Below the pieces are notes generated by a model. The model saw only the letters and a list, made by a program, of their open reading frames with translations, was not told the origin of the DNA and made no database searches. A stretch of DNA of 64,000 nucleotides from Hypanus sabinus (taxonomy: Eukaryota). The position numbers and the translations under genes are program-made. The DNA is taken from positions 153,078,001-153,142,000 of the forward strand of contig NC_082710.1 of the NCBI RefSeq assembly GCF_030144855.1, written 5' to 3'. Numbering within the stretch: position 1 is the stretch's first letter; each line of letters opens with the position of its first letter. Of the stretch, positions 1-11,900 are shown in pieces.

Positions 1-23
1 GGAACTCTGATACAATAGGAATC

Positions 24-850
24 TCTGAAGAGGTAGTGCTGAGCATACTTGTGGGCCCGAAGATAGATAAGTCCCAGGGTACTGAAAGAAATGGCAGAAG
101 TTATAGTAGAGGCTTTGGTGATAATTTACCAAAATGGAACAATAGAGTTGGGGGTAATGTATTAGCATGGATAAAGGATTGGTCGACTAATAGAAAGAAG
201 AGAGTTGGGATACCTGAGTGTTACTCTGGTTGTCAATCAGTGGTGAGTGATGTGTTGTGGTTGTCTGTTGTTCTGGGCTTGCAACTGTTCACGATATACA
301 TTAATGATCTGGAAGAGGGGACAAGTGTAGTGTATCTAAGTTTGTGTCAGGTATGGAAGCATCCTGAACTTTGTCAATAAGGATTAAGCAGGAATATCTG
401 ACTCCTGGAAACTGCTGAATTGCATGTATTTTAAGGTATAAAAGACCATACTTGTGCTTACTTTAGCAGAGTCTTTTAGTGGGCTCACTGTGGTCATGTA
501 ATTAAGTAATAGAACTGAATACTGGTATTTGTGTCTTTGTTTAATCAGTGATAGTAAAATTCTGCGACACTCAGAGTAGAGGGATATTGTTTTCAAATGG
601 AGATCAAGAAGTATTTCTTTTGCCAGAGAGCAGTACATCTGTGGAATTCGTTGCCACAGGCAACTTGGCAGCTGTGGAGGCCACATCTTTAGGTATATTT
701 AAAGCAGAGATTGATAGGTTCTCTATGGTCATGACATGAAGGGAGACGGTGAAGGCAGGACATTGGAACTGTGAGGGTAATGGACCAGCATGATGAAATG
801 GCGGAGCAGACTCGATGGGCCAAATGGCCCCTTTCTGCTTCTATATCTTA
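24..850 (+). mobile_element. Degraded CR1-type LINE ORF2 (RT and 3' end) fragments
   Basis: ORF 36..380 has CR1 RT-like motifs (WIKDWSTNRKKRVGI, LFTIYINDLEEG). 560-850 is a typical CR1 3' end (FKAEIDRF). Many indels. Confidence 0.8.
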
Positions 851-1604
851 TGGTTTTATCGAGTCTAGATGTATTCAGTTTAGTTACGTGCCTTGCTACT
901 AGTCAAATGCATGCCGCAGAATCAATCTTTGCTGAAACGCCCAGTGCACACTGATTCACCTCGATCAAACTGCTCATAAACAGCAATACCTGAAGCACAT
1001 GAACCCTAAAGTTCCCCAAAATGAGTCACAACCATGAGCCTCACCGATCAATCCCTGCAAAGTGGAACACAAGCCTCCTCCACTTTCCTCCAACCGCAGC
1101 TAGGAAAAGGGAGAGGAATAGCAGCCAAATGTGACAGATGGCGCCAAACACCAGCCTGGCCTCCACTCCCGGCCTCGTCCACTTCAACCTTGCTCAACCC
1201 CTCAGTCAGAGAAAAACAATGGAGCCAGTCATGGGCTCACAGTCCTCCTCCAAGCCTGCAGGCCATACACTCCAATCAACTCACTGTTTCAAATTAGGAG
1301 ATCCCTCATTACACCAGGTGGGAAACCCCTAATCATTTTGTTTTGGCAGCTCTCCCTCTTTCCCATATCAGGGGATCCCTCTGCATCTCAGATTGGGAGC
1401 TTCCTTACTGTCCAGATCAGGAGATTCCTCTCTGTCCCAGATTGGGAACACCATCAATCTGCTAGATCATCAAATCCTTCAGTATCTCGAATCATGACAG
1501 CCCACACCATCTCAGTCTCAGAGCCCCATAATCGTCTCAGACTGAGGTATCCCTTATGTTGCTGAGTTGGGAGCTCTTTCACCATTTCAGAATGTTCCAC
1601 TTGC

Positions 1605-1850
1605 CTTGCCTTTCAGATGCTTCTTTTCCAAGCTGAACAGCTCTTTTTAAGTACTGAATGCTGTACTTCAAGTCAGGCCCTTCAGTGAAATTGAGTTGGT
1701 TCATTCCAGCTTTGATTAATCCTTGGAGATTTGAATTTACGCTGATATCAAGGCTGACCGTTAGAAAATCTGGGATGTTGATTTTTAGAATCACATTGTC
1801 CGTATTTCCAGACGCTGTACAGCCCAAGATTCCCTGTATGTAGCTGATGT
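1605..1850 (-). CDS. MHC class I-like heavy chain, exon 3 (alpha2 domain), divergent
   Basis: Acceptor tactttacag (AG at 1852-1851). The 246-nt exon is phase 1/1 and open: (N)ISYIQGILGCTASGNTDNVILKINIPDFLTVSLDISVNSNLQGLIKAGMNQLNFTEGPDLKYSIQYLKRAVQLGKEASERQ(G). It matches class I alpha2 hallmarks: Q96, G100-C101, D122-F-L and the C-terminal L..GKE..ER. Donor AAG|gcaagt (GC-type) at 1604-1599. Confidence 0.85.
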
Positions 1851-1950
1851 CTGTAAAGTACCAACAGATTAATTAACATTCATGGCTGAAGCTTCCAACA
1901 TTAAATCCGATATCCATCTGGATAATGGCCTGCTAAATACGTAAATGCTA

Positions 1951-2469
1951 TGAGAGGTGATTGATAAATTTGTGGCCTAATGTAGAGGAGATGAGTTATA
2001 CAACTCTCATTACGTGCACGTGCAGTTCAACTCTTTGAGTGATTATGCAGAAAGTATGAAGTTAATAACTCATTGGGGTGATTGATAAGTTTGTGGCCTA
2101 AGGTAGAAGGAGTCAATTTTAGTAAACCTAGCACACCTATTTTTCAACATAGTCCCCTCCTTCTTTAACACACTTAGTCCAGAGGACGTGGAGCATATGG
2201 ATCGTAGACCTCCAGAAAGTGTCCACGCAGGGGTGATTGATAAGTTTGTGGCCTAAGGTGGAAGTAGATGAGTAATACAGCTCTCATTACATGCACATGC
2301 AGTTCAACTCTTTGAGCGATTATGCAGAAAATTTGAAGTTAATAACTCGCCAGTGGTGATTGATAAGTTTGTGGCCTAAGGTGGAAGGAAATGTTGAAAA
2401 ATAAATGTGCTAGGTTTTCTAAAATTGACTCCTTCTACCTTAGGCCATGAACTTATCAATCACCCTTCG
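1951..2469. mobile_element. Non-autonomous Tc1/mariner-like MITE with internally repeated terminal motif
   Basis: Flanked by TA at 1949-1950 and 2470-2471. The motif ggtgattgataagtttgtggcctaaggt occurs four times direct (~1957, ~2078, ~2232, ~2355) and once inverted at the right end (~2435-2465). A longer inverted repeat pairs ~2078-2150 with ~2392-2469. Confidence 0.7.
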
Positions 2470-2749
2470 TATGTGACAAAGAGGTGCACAAAGTAGTGGG
2501 TCACGGTGAGGGACTGTGTACAGTTAAGGCTGAGAGCATGGGGTGACAGCGTACCATATAGAACATTTGTCAGTGTGGCACAGATCACAGGGTCTTGTGA
2601 AATCAGTAATCAATGTGAGCAACTGTCTACATGGCAGGGTGGGAGGGGAAAGTATGAGGAGATTCTATTTGTCATTAAATGTTTTCAAACATACAGTGAA
2701 AAGCATTTGTATTGGTTACATCACAGCTGGTAGGTAAACGCCAAAGCCC

Positions 2750-3240
2750 TGAAAGACAAAAGGCTGAGGGGGTGGTGGACTCAGCCAGTCCCATCACAGG
2801 TACAGCTCTCCGCGTCGTTCAGGACATCTGCTGAAGGCAATATCCCAGGAAGACAACATCCATCATCTGGAACCACACCCTCCCTATCACCCAGGACAGA
2901 CCCTCATCTTGATGCTCCCACCAGGAAGGAGAGACAGGCCTAAGGACCCACACCTCAGGCTCCGACAAGAGCTCCATGTCCAACAGCACCAGGTTCTTTA
3001 ACCAACCAGAAAAGCCTTAAGATGACCCGAGATTATATTCTTATCTCTCTTATTCTTGCACAAATATTGTTACATTTATTCTGTTGCCTATCTTTGCACA
3101 TGTGCAGGTTGTGTATATTTATTTAACATTGACTCAATGCTAACATGTCCTGTAAAAGAGAATGCTGTTGCTGTAAAACAGTGATTTTATGGCAATTGTA
3201 CCCTGTATATGTAAGCCTATGATCAGAAATAAACTTGAGC
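2750..3240 (+). mobile_element. Rex1/Babar-like LINE 3' fragment, degraded
   Basis: Resembles the 3' end of the Rex1/Babar copies elsewhere in the window (agggtggtggactcagcc..., aataaacttgagcttga tail). No intact ORF. Confidence 0.6.
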
Positions 3241-4344
3241 TTGAACATATGCAGAGTGCACAGTACAGAGATCACATTGAAACAGTGTGCATACAAAGCA
3301 GGGGGCACATTGAAGGACTCTGTCAATACGTGGGCAGAGCAGGAGCTCAGTGAGAATCTGCGCTGTACAGTCTGCGCTGAACCATGTCCACTGCAGAGTT
3401 ACGGTGGAGAACTGTGAAAGCAACATGTTTGTAATAAGTGTCAATAAGCACAGAATGTGCAACACAGCAGTTCTGGTCGCTCTGTGATGGTGAGGCTTTG
3501 GAGAAGGTGCGGAAGATACTTACCAGATGCTGCCTGCATTGGACAGCATGTGCTATAACAAGAGATTGGACCAACTTGGGCTGTTTTCAGTCGACATCTG
3601 GTATCATTTTTTCCTTAGTTGAAATGTCTAATACAAGTGGGTATGTTCAATGCTGATGTGCAGGGTCAGTCTTTAACAGAGTGGCCCGTTCCTAAATTGT
3701 GCTGCCAGGGGTGGTGGAAGTAGCAGATACAAAGAGGGTGTTCAAGAAGCCTAGTTGAGCAGGAAATAGGAGGACATGGACATTGTGTATGCAGAAAGGA
3801 TTAGATTAGTTTGGCATTTGATTATTAATATAATTAGTTCAGCAGAACTTTGTGAGCCAAAGTGCCTATTCCTGTACTGTTGTGTTCTATGTTCTAATGC
3901 ATGGAGTCACAGCACCGAATTAGATCTGGACAGCGTCACTGTGGCAGGTGACTAGGTAAGAGCCATTGACATCGTAGTTCCAAACCATCCGAGACATTCC
4001 CAAGTCTGGAGTTGGGGAGTAGGCTGAGGAAAGGGGTTAGAGCCAGACAAGGCCTGTGTGGACAGTGGGTTTGATTTTCAGTGTTTCTCTGAAGAGGTCA
4101 GTGGGGAATGAAGACTGGATAATCAGCTTATTTTCAAGGGTCAGAACTTACCCAGATATTTAGGATGGAATTCTTGTAATTGGAGTTAAGGAAGGTAGAG
4201 TGCATAATGGAGATTTGAGAGACTTGAAAGAGTGAAGGACTTTAAACTTGATACAACATAATTGGATTAAATAGAAGATCAAGATATTGGCAATATGCAA
4301 GTCCCTGTGATACTCAAGGGGCAGTGTGGATCAAAGACACTCAC

Positions 4345-4593
4345 TAACGATTGAGGACAATTGCTGCAGATGTGTCATGATGAACTCATGAAGCCTGTCA
4401 GTTACTTCTTTCTGTTCTTTCTGGTAGTCAGTCAATAAGGCATCTGCGATCCACTGGTGCTTGACTTCTACCTCGTGGAGGGTGCTGTTGTAGTAGTCAA
4501 TCTGCAAGTCATCCAACATCACAATCCTGAAGAAGGCTGGCAGTTCAGGAGCGCTGAAGGATTGGAAGTAGAAATACATCAAGCCCTGTGAGC
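4345..4593 (-). CDS. MHC class I-like heavy chain, exon 2 (alpha1 domain)
   Basis: Long polypyrimidine tract plus tactcag acceptor (AG at 4595-4594). The 249-nt exon is phase 1/1: (G)SQGLMYFYFQSFSAPELPAFFRIVMLDDLQIDYYNSTLHEVEVKHQWIADALLTDYQKEQKEVTDRLHEFIMTHLQQLSSIV(N). It aligns by eye to class I GSHSxRYF...LPEF....VDDxQxxYYDS...W51...Y59. Perfect gtgagt donor at 4344-4339. Confidence 0.92.
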
Positions 4594-5089
4594 CTGAGTA
4601 AAAGGAGAGGGAGAGAGAAAGAGAGAGAGAGAAGTGTCAGAAAACAACAAAGGATGTTCACAATTTCTAAGGCATAACTCGGGAGTTTGATGGCACACTT
4701 GAATGGATTAATACACATCCAAGCAGACATCTGACTGGATTAGGCAGCACACCCACCCCCTTTATTAGCTCCCCAAACATGAGCAACAAACACTACTAAA
4801 CGTGCCTCATTGCTCTGGCCGTATACAAAATCCTACGCAGATACTCACCGAAGCCAATCCAACAGAACAACCCAAACCCCAGCACAAAGGAGGTCAAGGG
4901 CAGCAGGCAAACAGGAGCCCCAACTCCCACTATAGGGTTGCTTCTAATTCAGAGGCAAACATACTGGAATATGTGTCTGCCATGATAGAGAGGAAGCCAA
5001 GGTTCAAGGGGAAGCAAAAGAAATTTCCAGGGCATCAGTGTAGAAATTCTATTGGACTTGATCTTTCAAGAAAAGCCAGGAGATAATAA

Positions 5090-5645
5090 CAAGACACTAA
5101 TCAGGCCGCACTTAAAGCATTGTGTATAGTTTTGAGCCCCATATTTCAGAAAGGATGTGTTATCATTGGAGATAGTACAGAGGAGGTTCAGGAGGATGAT
5201 TCTGGGAATGAAGGGGTTAACACATGAGGTGTGTTTGGCAGCTTTGGACCTGTACTCACAGGAGTTTAGAAAAATGTGGGGTGATCTCATTAGAACCTAC
5301 CGAGTGTTGAAAGGACTTGTTGGGGTGGATGTGGAGAGAATGTCTCCTACAGTGGGAGTATCCAGAACGAGAGGTCACAGCATCAGAATTGAGGGGCGGC
5401 CCGTTAGAACAGAGGTAAGGAGGAATTTTTTTAGCCAGAGAGTATTAAATCTATGGAATGCTCTGCCACAGACTCTTAAGTCTGTGCATATATTTAAGGC
5501 AGAAGTTGATCATTTCCTGATGGTCAGATATGACGAGAATGCAGGAGTATGGGGTTGTGTGGAATCCGGATTCAGCCATGATGTGATGTGGAAAACTCGC
5601 AATGGGCTGAATAGCCTAAATCTGCTCCTATGTCTTATGGTCTTA
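5090..5645 (+). mobile_element. CR1-type LINE 3' fragment
   Basis: ORF 5157..5687: LEIVQRRFRRMILGMKGL...RTRGHSIRIEG...RRNFFSQRV.NLWNALP, the CR1 ORF2 C-terminus. Confidence 0.85.
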
Positions 5646-5649
5646 AAGG

Positions 5650-6005
5650 TGCAAGAGGCAGTCTGTAGTGTTGCATTGCTGATGTAGGCTCAGGATTATT
5701 CAGGTTGGTTCAAGAACTGATGTCTGTAGGAAAGTAGCTGTTCCTGACCTGATGTTGTGGGATGTCAGTCTTCTGTGCCTCCTGCCCGACAGAAGCAGCA
5801 TGAAGACTGCATGATGTGAATGGTGGGAATCCTTGATGGTAGATGCTGCCTTCTTGAGGCAGTGCCTCCTGTAGATACTGCTAGTGTTGGGGAAGGATGT
5901 GCCCATGGTGGATCAGGCTGTGTCCACCATTCTCTGCAGCTCTTGTCTTCCTGTCTATTGTAGTTTCTGTACCAGGTTATGATGCAGCTAGTCAGTAATG
6001 TCAAG
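5650..6005 (-). mobile_element. Rex1/Babar-like LINE 3' fragment
   Basis: ORF 5765..6004 (LLTSCIITWY...) is homologous to the SILTGCITAWYGN motif of the other Rex1/Babar copies. Confidence 0.7.
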
Positions 6006-6629
6006 ATTTTAAAGAAAGTGATTCTTCTACAGAGTCAGTACAGTCCTCTGGGTCCATCAACCACCTCTTTACACTCATCTAAACTTATTCTTCCCTCATT
6101 TGCATCAACACCTTCCCAGATTCCACCACTCACTCACATCTTAGGGCGATTTACAGCAACCAATTAGCCCACCAATCCACCCATCTTTGGGGTGTGGGAG
6201 GAATTCAGAGCAACCAGGAGAATCCTATGATATCTTTCTCTGGGATTACAACACCGGGCAGTGCAGAATAGGGATATGCCCTTCAGCCCAATATGTTGTG
6301 CCAAATTAATTAAACCAGTAACTAAATGCCTAATTATTCTAAACCCTTCTGCCAATGTCCATATCCTTCCATTCTCTGCAATTCATGCACCTTTCTAAGT
6401 GTATCTTAAATACCTCTGTGGTATGTGCTTCAACCACCAGCCCTCACAGCTGATTCCAGACACGAACCACATAAAATCAACATTGCTCTACAAATTTCCT
6501 CTGAACTTATTCCCTTCCACATTAAATACATGCCCTCTAGTGTTAGATAGCTTGACCCTGGGATGCTCTTGTAGTCTTATAAACATCTATCAGATCTTTC
6601 CCAGTCTCTGCCACTCCAAAGAACAACTT

Positions 6630-7250
6630 CTCTTCCACATACGCATCATCAAGGATCTCACGTGGTCTGTAAATACCGCCTGTGTGGTGAAAAAGGCACA
6701 ACAGTATCTGTTTCACCTCAGACAGTTGAAGTTTATTATGACCCCCTTCAAAATTCTAAGAATTTTCTGTAGGGGCATGATTGAGAGCATCCTGACGGGC
6801 TGCATCACTGCCTGGTACGGGAACTGTACCTCCTTTAATCACAGGACTCTGCAGAGAGTGGTGTGGACAGCCCAGCACACCTGTAGATGCGATCTTCCCA
6901 CTATTCAGGATATTTAGAAGGACAGGTGTGTAAAACAGGCCAAAAGGATCATTGGAGACCTGAGTTACCTGAAGCACAAACTGTTCCAGCTGCTATCATC
7001 TGGGAAATGATATCGCAGCATGAGAGCCAGGACCAACAGGCTCCGGGACAGCTTCTTCACCAGACCATCAAACTGCTTAGTTCATGCAGACACACTGTAT
7101 TTCTATGTTATATTGACTATCCTGTTGTACATAATATTTATTATAAATTTCTATAATTGTACATTGCACATTTGAACAGAGACATAAAGATTTTTACTCC
7201 TCTTGTATATGAAGGATGTAAGTAATAAAGTCAATTTAATTCAATTCAAT
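6630..7250 (+). mobile_element. Rex1/Babar-like LINE 3' fragment inserted into an older antisense CR1
   Basis: IIKDLTWSVNTACVVKKAQQYLFHLRQL...ESILTGCITAWYGNC. Ends in an (aattc)n tail at ~7232-7250. CR1 antisense sequence lies on both sides. Confidence 0.8.
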
Positions 7251-7299
7251 TCTTAAGTCCTCTAATCCAGGAAGCATTCTGGAAAATCTCTTCTGCACT

Positions 7300-9645
7300 T
7301 GGATACCGACTAGAGATGGGGCAGTGTTGGATCTCCTGTTAGGGAATGCGATAGGTCAGCTGACAGATGTATGTGATGGGGAGCACTTCGGGTCCAGTGA
7401 TCACAATAGCATTAGCTTCAATATAATTATGGAGAAGGACAGTATAGGACCTAGAGTTGAGATTTTTGATTGGAGAAAGGCTAACTTTGAGGAGATGCGA
7501 AGGGATTTAGAGAGAGTGGATTGGGTCAAGTTGTTTTATGGGAAGGATGTAATAGAGGTCATTTAAGGGTGAAATTATGAGGGTACAGAATCTTTATGTT
7601 CCTGTTAGGTTGAAAGGAAAGATTAAAGGTTTGAAAGCACCATGGTTTTCAAGGGATATTAGAAATTTGGTTCGGAAAAAGAGGGATGTCTACAATAGAT
7701 ATAGGCAGCATGGAGTAAAGGAATTGCTCGAGGAATATAAAGAATGTAAAAGGAATCTTAAGAAAGAGATTAGAAAAGCTAAAAGAAGATATGAGGTTGG
7801 TTTGGCAAATAAGGTGAAAGTAAATCCGAAAGGTTTCTACAGTTATATTAAAAGCAAGATAGTGAGGGATAAAATTGGCCCCTTAGAGAATCAGAGTGGT
7901 CAGCTATGTGTGGAGCCGAGGGAGATGGGGGAGATTTTGAACGATTTCTTCTCTTCGGTATTCACTAAGGAGAAGGATATTGAATTGTGTAAGTTGTGGG
8001 AAACAAGTAAGGAAGTTATGGAACCTATGACAATTAAAGATGTGGAAGTACTGGCGCTTTTAAGAAATTTAAAAGTGGATAAATCTCCGGGTCCTGACAG
8101 GATATTCCCCAGGACCTTGAGGGAAGTTTGTGTAGAGATAGCAGGAGCTCTGACGGAGATCTTTAAGGTGTCATTAGAAACGGGGATTGTGGCGTATTGC
8201 TCATGTGGTTCCATTGTTTAAAAAGGGTTCTAGAAGTAAGCCTAGCAATTATAGACCTGTCAGTTTGACATCTGTGGTGGGTAAATTAATGGAAAGTATT
8301 CTTAGAGATAGTATTAATAATTATCTGGATAGACAGGATCTGATTAGGGGTAGCCAGCATGGATTTGTGCGTGGAAGGTCATGTTTGACAAACCTTATTG
8401 AATTTTTTGAAGAAGTTACAAGGAATGTTGACAAGGGTAAGGCAGTGGATATAGTCTATATGGACTTCAGCAAAGCCTTTGACAAAGTTCCACATGGAAG
8501 GTTAGTTAAGAAGGTTCAGTCATTAGGTATTAATGCTGGAGTAATAAAATGGATTCAACAGTGGCTAGATGGGAGAGGCCAGAGTGTAGTGGTGGATAAT
8601 TGTTTATCGGGATGGAGGCCGGTGACTAGCGGGGTGCCTCAGGGATCTGTTTTGTGCCCAGTGTTGTTTGTAATATACATAAATGATCTGGATGATGGGG
8701 TGGTAAATTGGATTAGTAAGTATGCCGATGATACTAAGGTAGGAGGTGTTGTGGATAATGAGGTGGGTTTTCAAAGCTTGCAGGGAGATTTATGCCAGAT
8801 AGAAGAATGGACTGAATGTTGGCAGATGGAGTTTAATGCTGAGAAGTGTGAGGTTCTACATTTTGGCAGGAATAATCCAAATAGAACATACAGGGTAAAT
8901 GGTAGGGCATTGAGGAATGCAGAGGAACAGAGAGATCTAGGAATAACAGTGTATAGTTCCCTGAAGGTGGAGTCTCATGTAGATAGTGTGGTGAAGAAGG
9001 CTTTTGGAACGCTGGCCTTTATAAATCAAAGCATTGAGTACAGAAGTTGGGATGTAATGTTAAAATTGTACAAGGCATTGGTAAGGCCAAATTTAGAATA
9101 TTGTGTGCAGATCTGGTCACCGAATTATAGGAAAGATAGCAATAAATTAAGCAGAGTGCAGAGACGATTTACTAGGATGTTACCTGGGTTTCAGCACTTA
9201 AGTTACAGAGAAAGGTTGAACAAGTTAGGTCTCCATTCATTGGAGCGTAGAAGGTTGAGGGGGGATTTGATCGAGGTATTTAAAATTTTGAGAGGGATAG
9301 ATAGAGTTGACGTGAATAGGCTGTTTCCATTGAGAGTAGTAGAGAATCAAACGAGAGGACATGATTTGAGAGTTAGGGGGCAGAAGTTTAAGGGAAACAC
9401 GAGGGGGTATTTCTTTACTCAGAGAGTGATAGCTGTGTGGAATGAGCTTCCTGTAGAAGTAGTAGAGGCCAGTTCAGTTATGTCATTTAAGGTAAAATTG
9501 GATAGGTATATGGACAGGAAAGGAGTGGAGGGTTATGGGCTGAGTGCGGGTAGGTGGGACTAGGTGAGATTAAGAGTTCGGCACGGACTAGGAGGGCTGA
9601 GATGGCCTGTTTCCGTGCTGTGATTGTTATATGGTTATATGGTTA
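7300..9645 (+). mobile_element. 5'-truncated CR1-type LINE with near-intact reverse transcriptase ORF2
   Basis: ORFs 7324..7566, 7577..8221 and 8187..9563 (458 aa; NYRPVSLTS, DFSKAFDKVPH, SGVPQGSVL, KYADDTK) are separated by frameshifts. The 3' tail is tatggtta repeats at ~9628-9645. Confidence 0.95.
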
Positions 9646-11900
9646 ATGCATCTGTTATCTCTTCAGAAACCTCTCTCAAGACTCTGGGATGTAGTCCATC
9701 TGGCTCAGGTGACTTATCCACCTTAAGATCTTTGAAGTTGTCTCGTAATTTTCTTTGCATTAGCAAAAACACCCACTCCTGCTGTCTGACACTCATGGAC
9801 CTCTGGCACACTGCTAGTGTCTTCCACAGGGAAGACAGATGCAAAGTACCCATTAAGTTCCTTTGCCATTTCTTTGTTCCACATTACTACCTCACCAGCA
9901 TGATATTCCAGTGGTCTACTATCAAATCTCACTTCTCTTTGACTCTTTATATAACTGAAACAACTTTTGGCGCCCTGCATTATATTATTGGCTATTCAGC
10001 CCTCTTATTTAATCTTTTCCCTTCTTTTAGCCTTTTTAGTTATTTTTCTTGGATTTTAAAAGCTTCTCAATCATCCAACTTCCCACTCACATTTTTTACA
10101 ATATATGCCCTTTCTTTGACTTTTATGCAGTCCTTAACATTCTTTATCAGCCACAGTTGCCTACCCCTGCTAATTGAGAACTTCTTCCTCTGTGGCACAT
10201 ATCTATCCTGTGCCTTGTGAACTATTCCAAGAAACTTCAGCTCTGCTGTCATCCCCACTAGTATTCTCCTTCAATCCACCTGGGCAAGCTCCTCTCTCAT
10301 GCCTCTGTAATTCCTTTTATACCATTGCAATACTGATACATGAGTTATGTTTCTCCCTCTCAAATTGCAGTATGAATTCAATCATATTTTGATCACTGTC
10401 TCCTAAAGAATCTTTATGTTAAGCTCCCTAATAAGATCTGGGTTTTTGCAGCGTACCTGTAGATGTGAACTTCCCACTATTCAGGACATTTTAAAAGACA
10501 GGTGTGTAAAAAGGATCATCAGGAACCTGAGTCACCCCACCCACAAAATGTTCCAGCTGCTACCATTTGGGAAATGATACCACAACATAAAAGCCAGGAC
10601 CAAGGGACAGCTTCATCCATTAGGCCATCAGACTGTTTAATTCATGCTGACACAACTGAATTTCTATGTTATATTGACTATCTTATTGTACACACTATTT
10701 ATTATAAATTACTATAAATTACAACATTGGATGTTTAGATAGAGATGTAATGTAAAGATTATGAAGGATGTAAGTAACAAAGTCAATTCAATACACAACA
10801 CCCAATCTATGATAGCCTTTCCCTGAGTAGGCTCAAACACAAGCATTCTCTGACACTATGTCACCTCTTTCTAGAGATGTAATTCCAACTCTTACCAACA
10901 GAGCCACACCATTGCCTATGCCTTTTTGCCTGTCCTTTCGATACAAAGTATATCCCTTGATGGTAAGCTCCCAACTTCAGCCTTTTTTCAGCCACAGCTC
11001 CGTGATCCCCACAATGTCATTGAGACCAATCTCTAATTGCACCACGGGTTCATCCACCTTATTCCAAATACAACACCTTCAGTGCTGCGTTCTTCACCCT
11101 TTTGAATTTTGCCTCTGTGGTACAATTTAACTCTTTGCTCTGTCTGTATTTGTACCAATCATTGTCTTGTACTTCCTTACATTCATGTTACACCAATTAT
11201 CTTCTTGTAAACCTGCTGGCTCATCCTCAGCTCCATCACCCTGGTTTCCATCCCCCTGCCATATTCATTTAAACCACTAGCAACAGCTCTAGTAAATTTG
11301 CCAGCAAGAATATTGGTCCCCCTTGGATTCAAGTGCAATCTGACCTTTTTCTACAGGTCTCACCTGCCCCAGAAGAGGGCCCAATTATCCAGAAATCTGA
11401 ATCCCTGTCCCCTGCTCCAATTCTTCAGTCACACATTTACCTGCCACCTCATTCTATTCCTATCCTCACTATCATGTGGAACAGGCAGTAATCCTGAGAT
11501 TACTGCTCTTAAGGACCTGCTCCTCAGCTTCCTTCCTAACTCCCTATATTCTTTTTTCAGGACTTCGTCCCTTTTCCTTCCTATATCATTGATACCAATA
11601 TGTACCGTGACTTCTCTCTGCTCACCCTCCCTTTTCAGGATATTGTGGACGTGTTCAGACACATCTCGGACCCCGGCACCTGGGAGCCAAACTACCATCT
11701 GTGTTTCCCTTTTGCATCTACAGAATCACCCATCTGTCCCCCTGCCTACAGAATCTCCTATTACTGCAGACATCCTCTTCAGTTCCCGACCCTTCTGAGC
11801 CACAGGGCCAGACTCAGTGCCAAAGGCACAACCACTGTTGCTTCCCCATGTACTGTTGCAGCTGGGCATCTCTGATAATGGTTTATTTGCTCTGATGTCT
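9646..11900 (-). mobile_element. Older antisense CR1 (ORF2 fragments plus ORF1 esterase-like fragment), interrupted by a Rex1/Babar tail at ~10445-10795
   Basis: KVDKSPEPDGLHPRVLREV (9635..9853). ORF 11429..11698 reads VVWLPGAGVRDV...VHIGINDIGRKRDEVL, an SGNH-esterase-like CR1 ORF1. Confidence 0.8.

Noticed and set aside
1045-1099. AG/GT-bounded 55-nt minus-strand segment downstream of alpha2; one frame reads LRLEESGGGL (VH-framework-like)
   Set aside because: In the required phase 1 it reads AAVGGKWRRLVFHFAGIDR and ends in phase 2, which is neither C1-Ig nor TM. The VH-like words are in another frame and not followed by V-domain residues.
1951-2469. Repeated ~28-bp motif with variable spacing, superficially CRISPR-like
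   Set aside because: Eukaryotic context, spacers are themselves repeated, and an inverted terminal copy with TA flanks indicates a MITE.
3347-3600. Minus-strand gtaagt donor at 3523-3518 and ORF 3347..3574 as a possible extra class I exon
   Set aside because: The plus strand is a degenerate CR1 3' remnant (…agagattggaccaacttgggctgttttc). No class I motifs appear in any frame.
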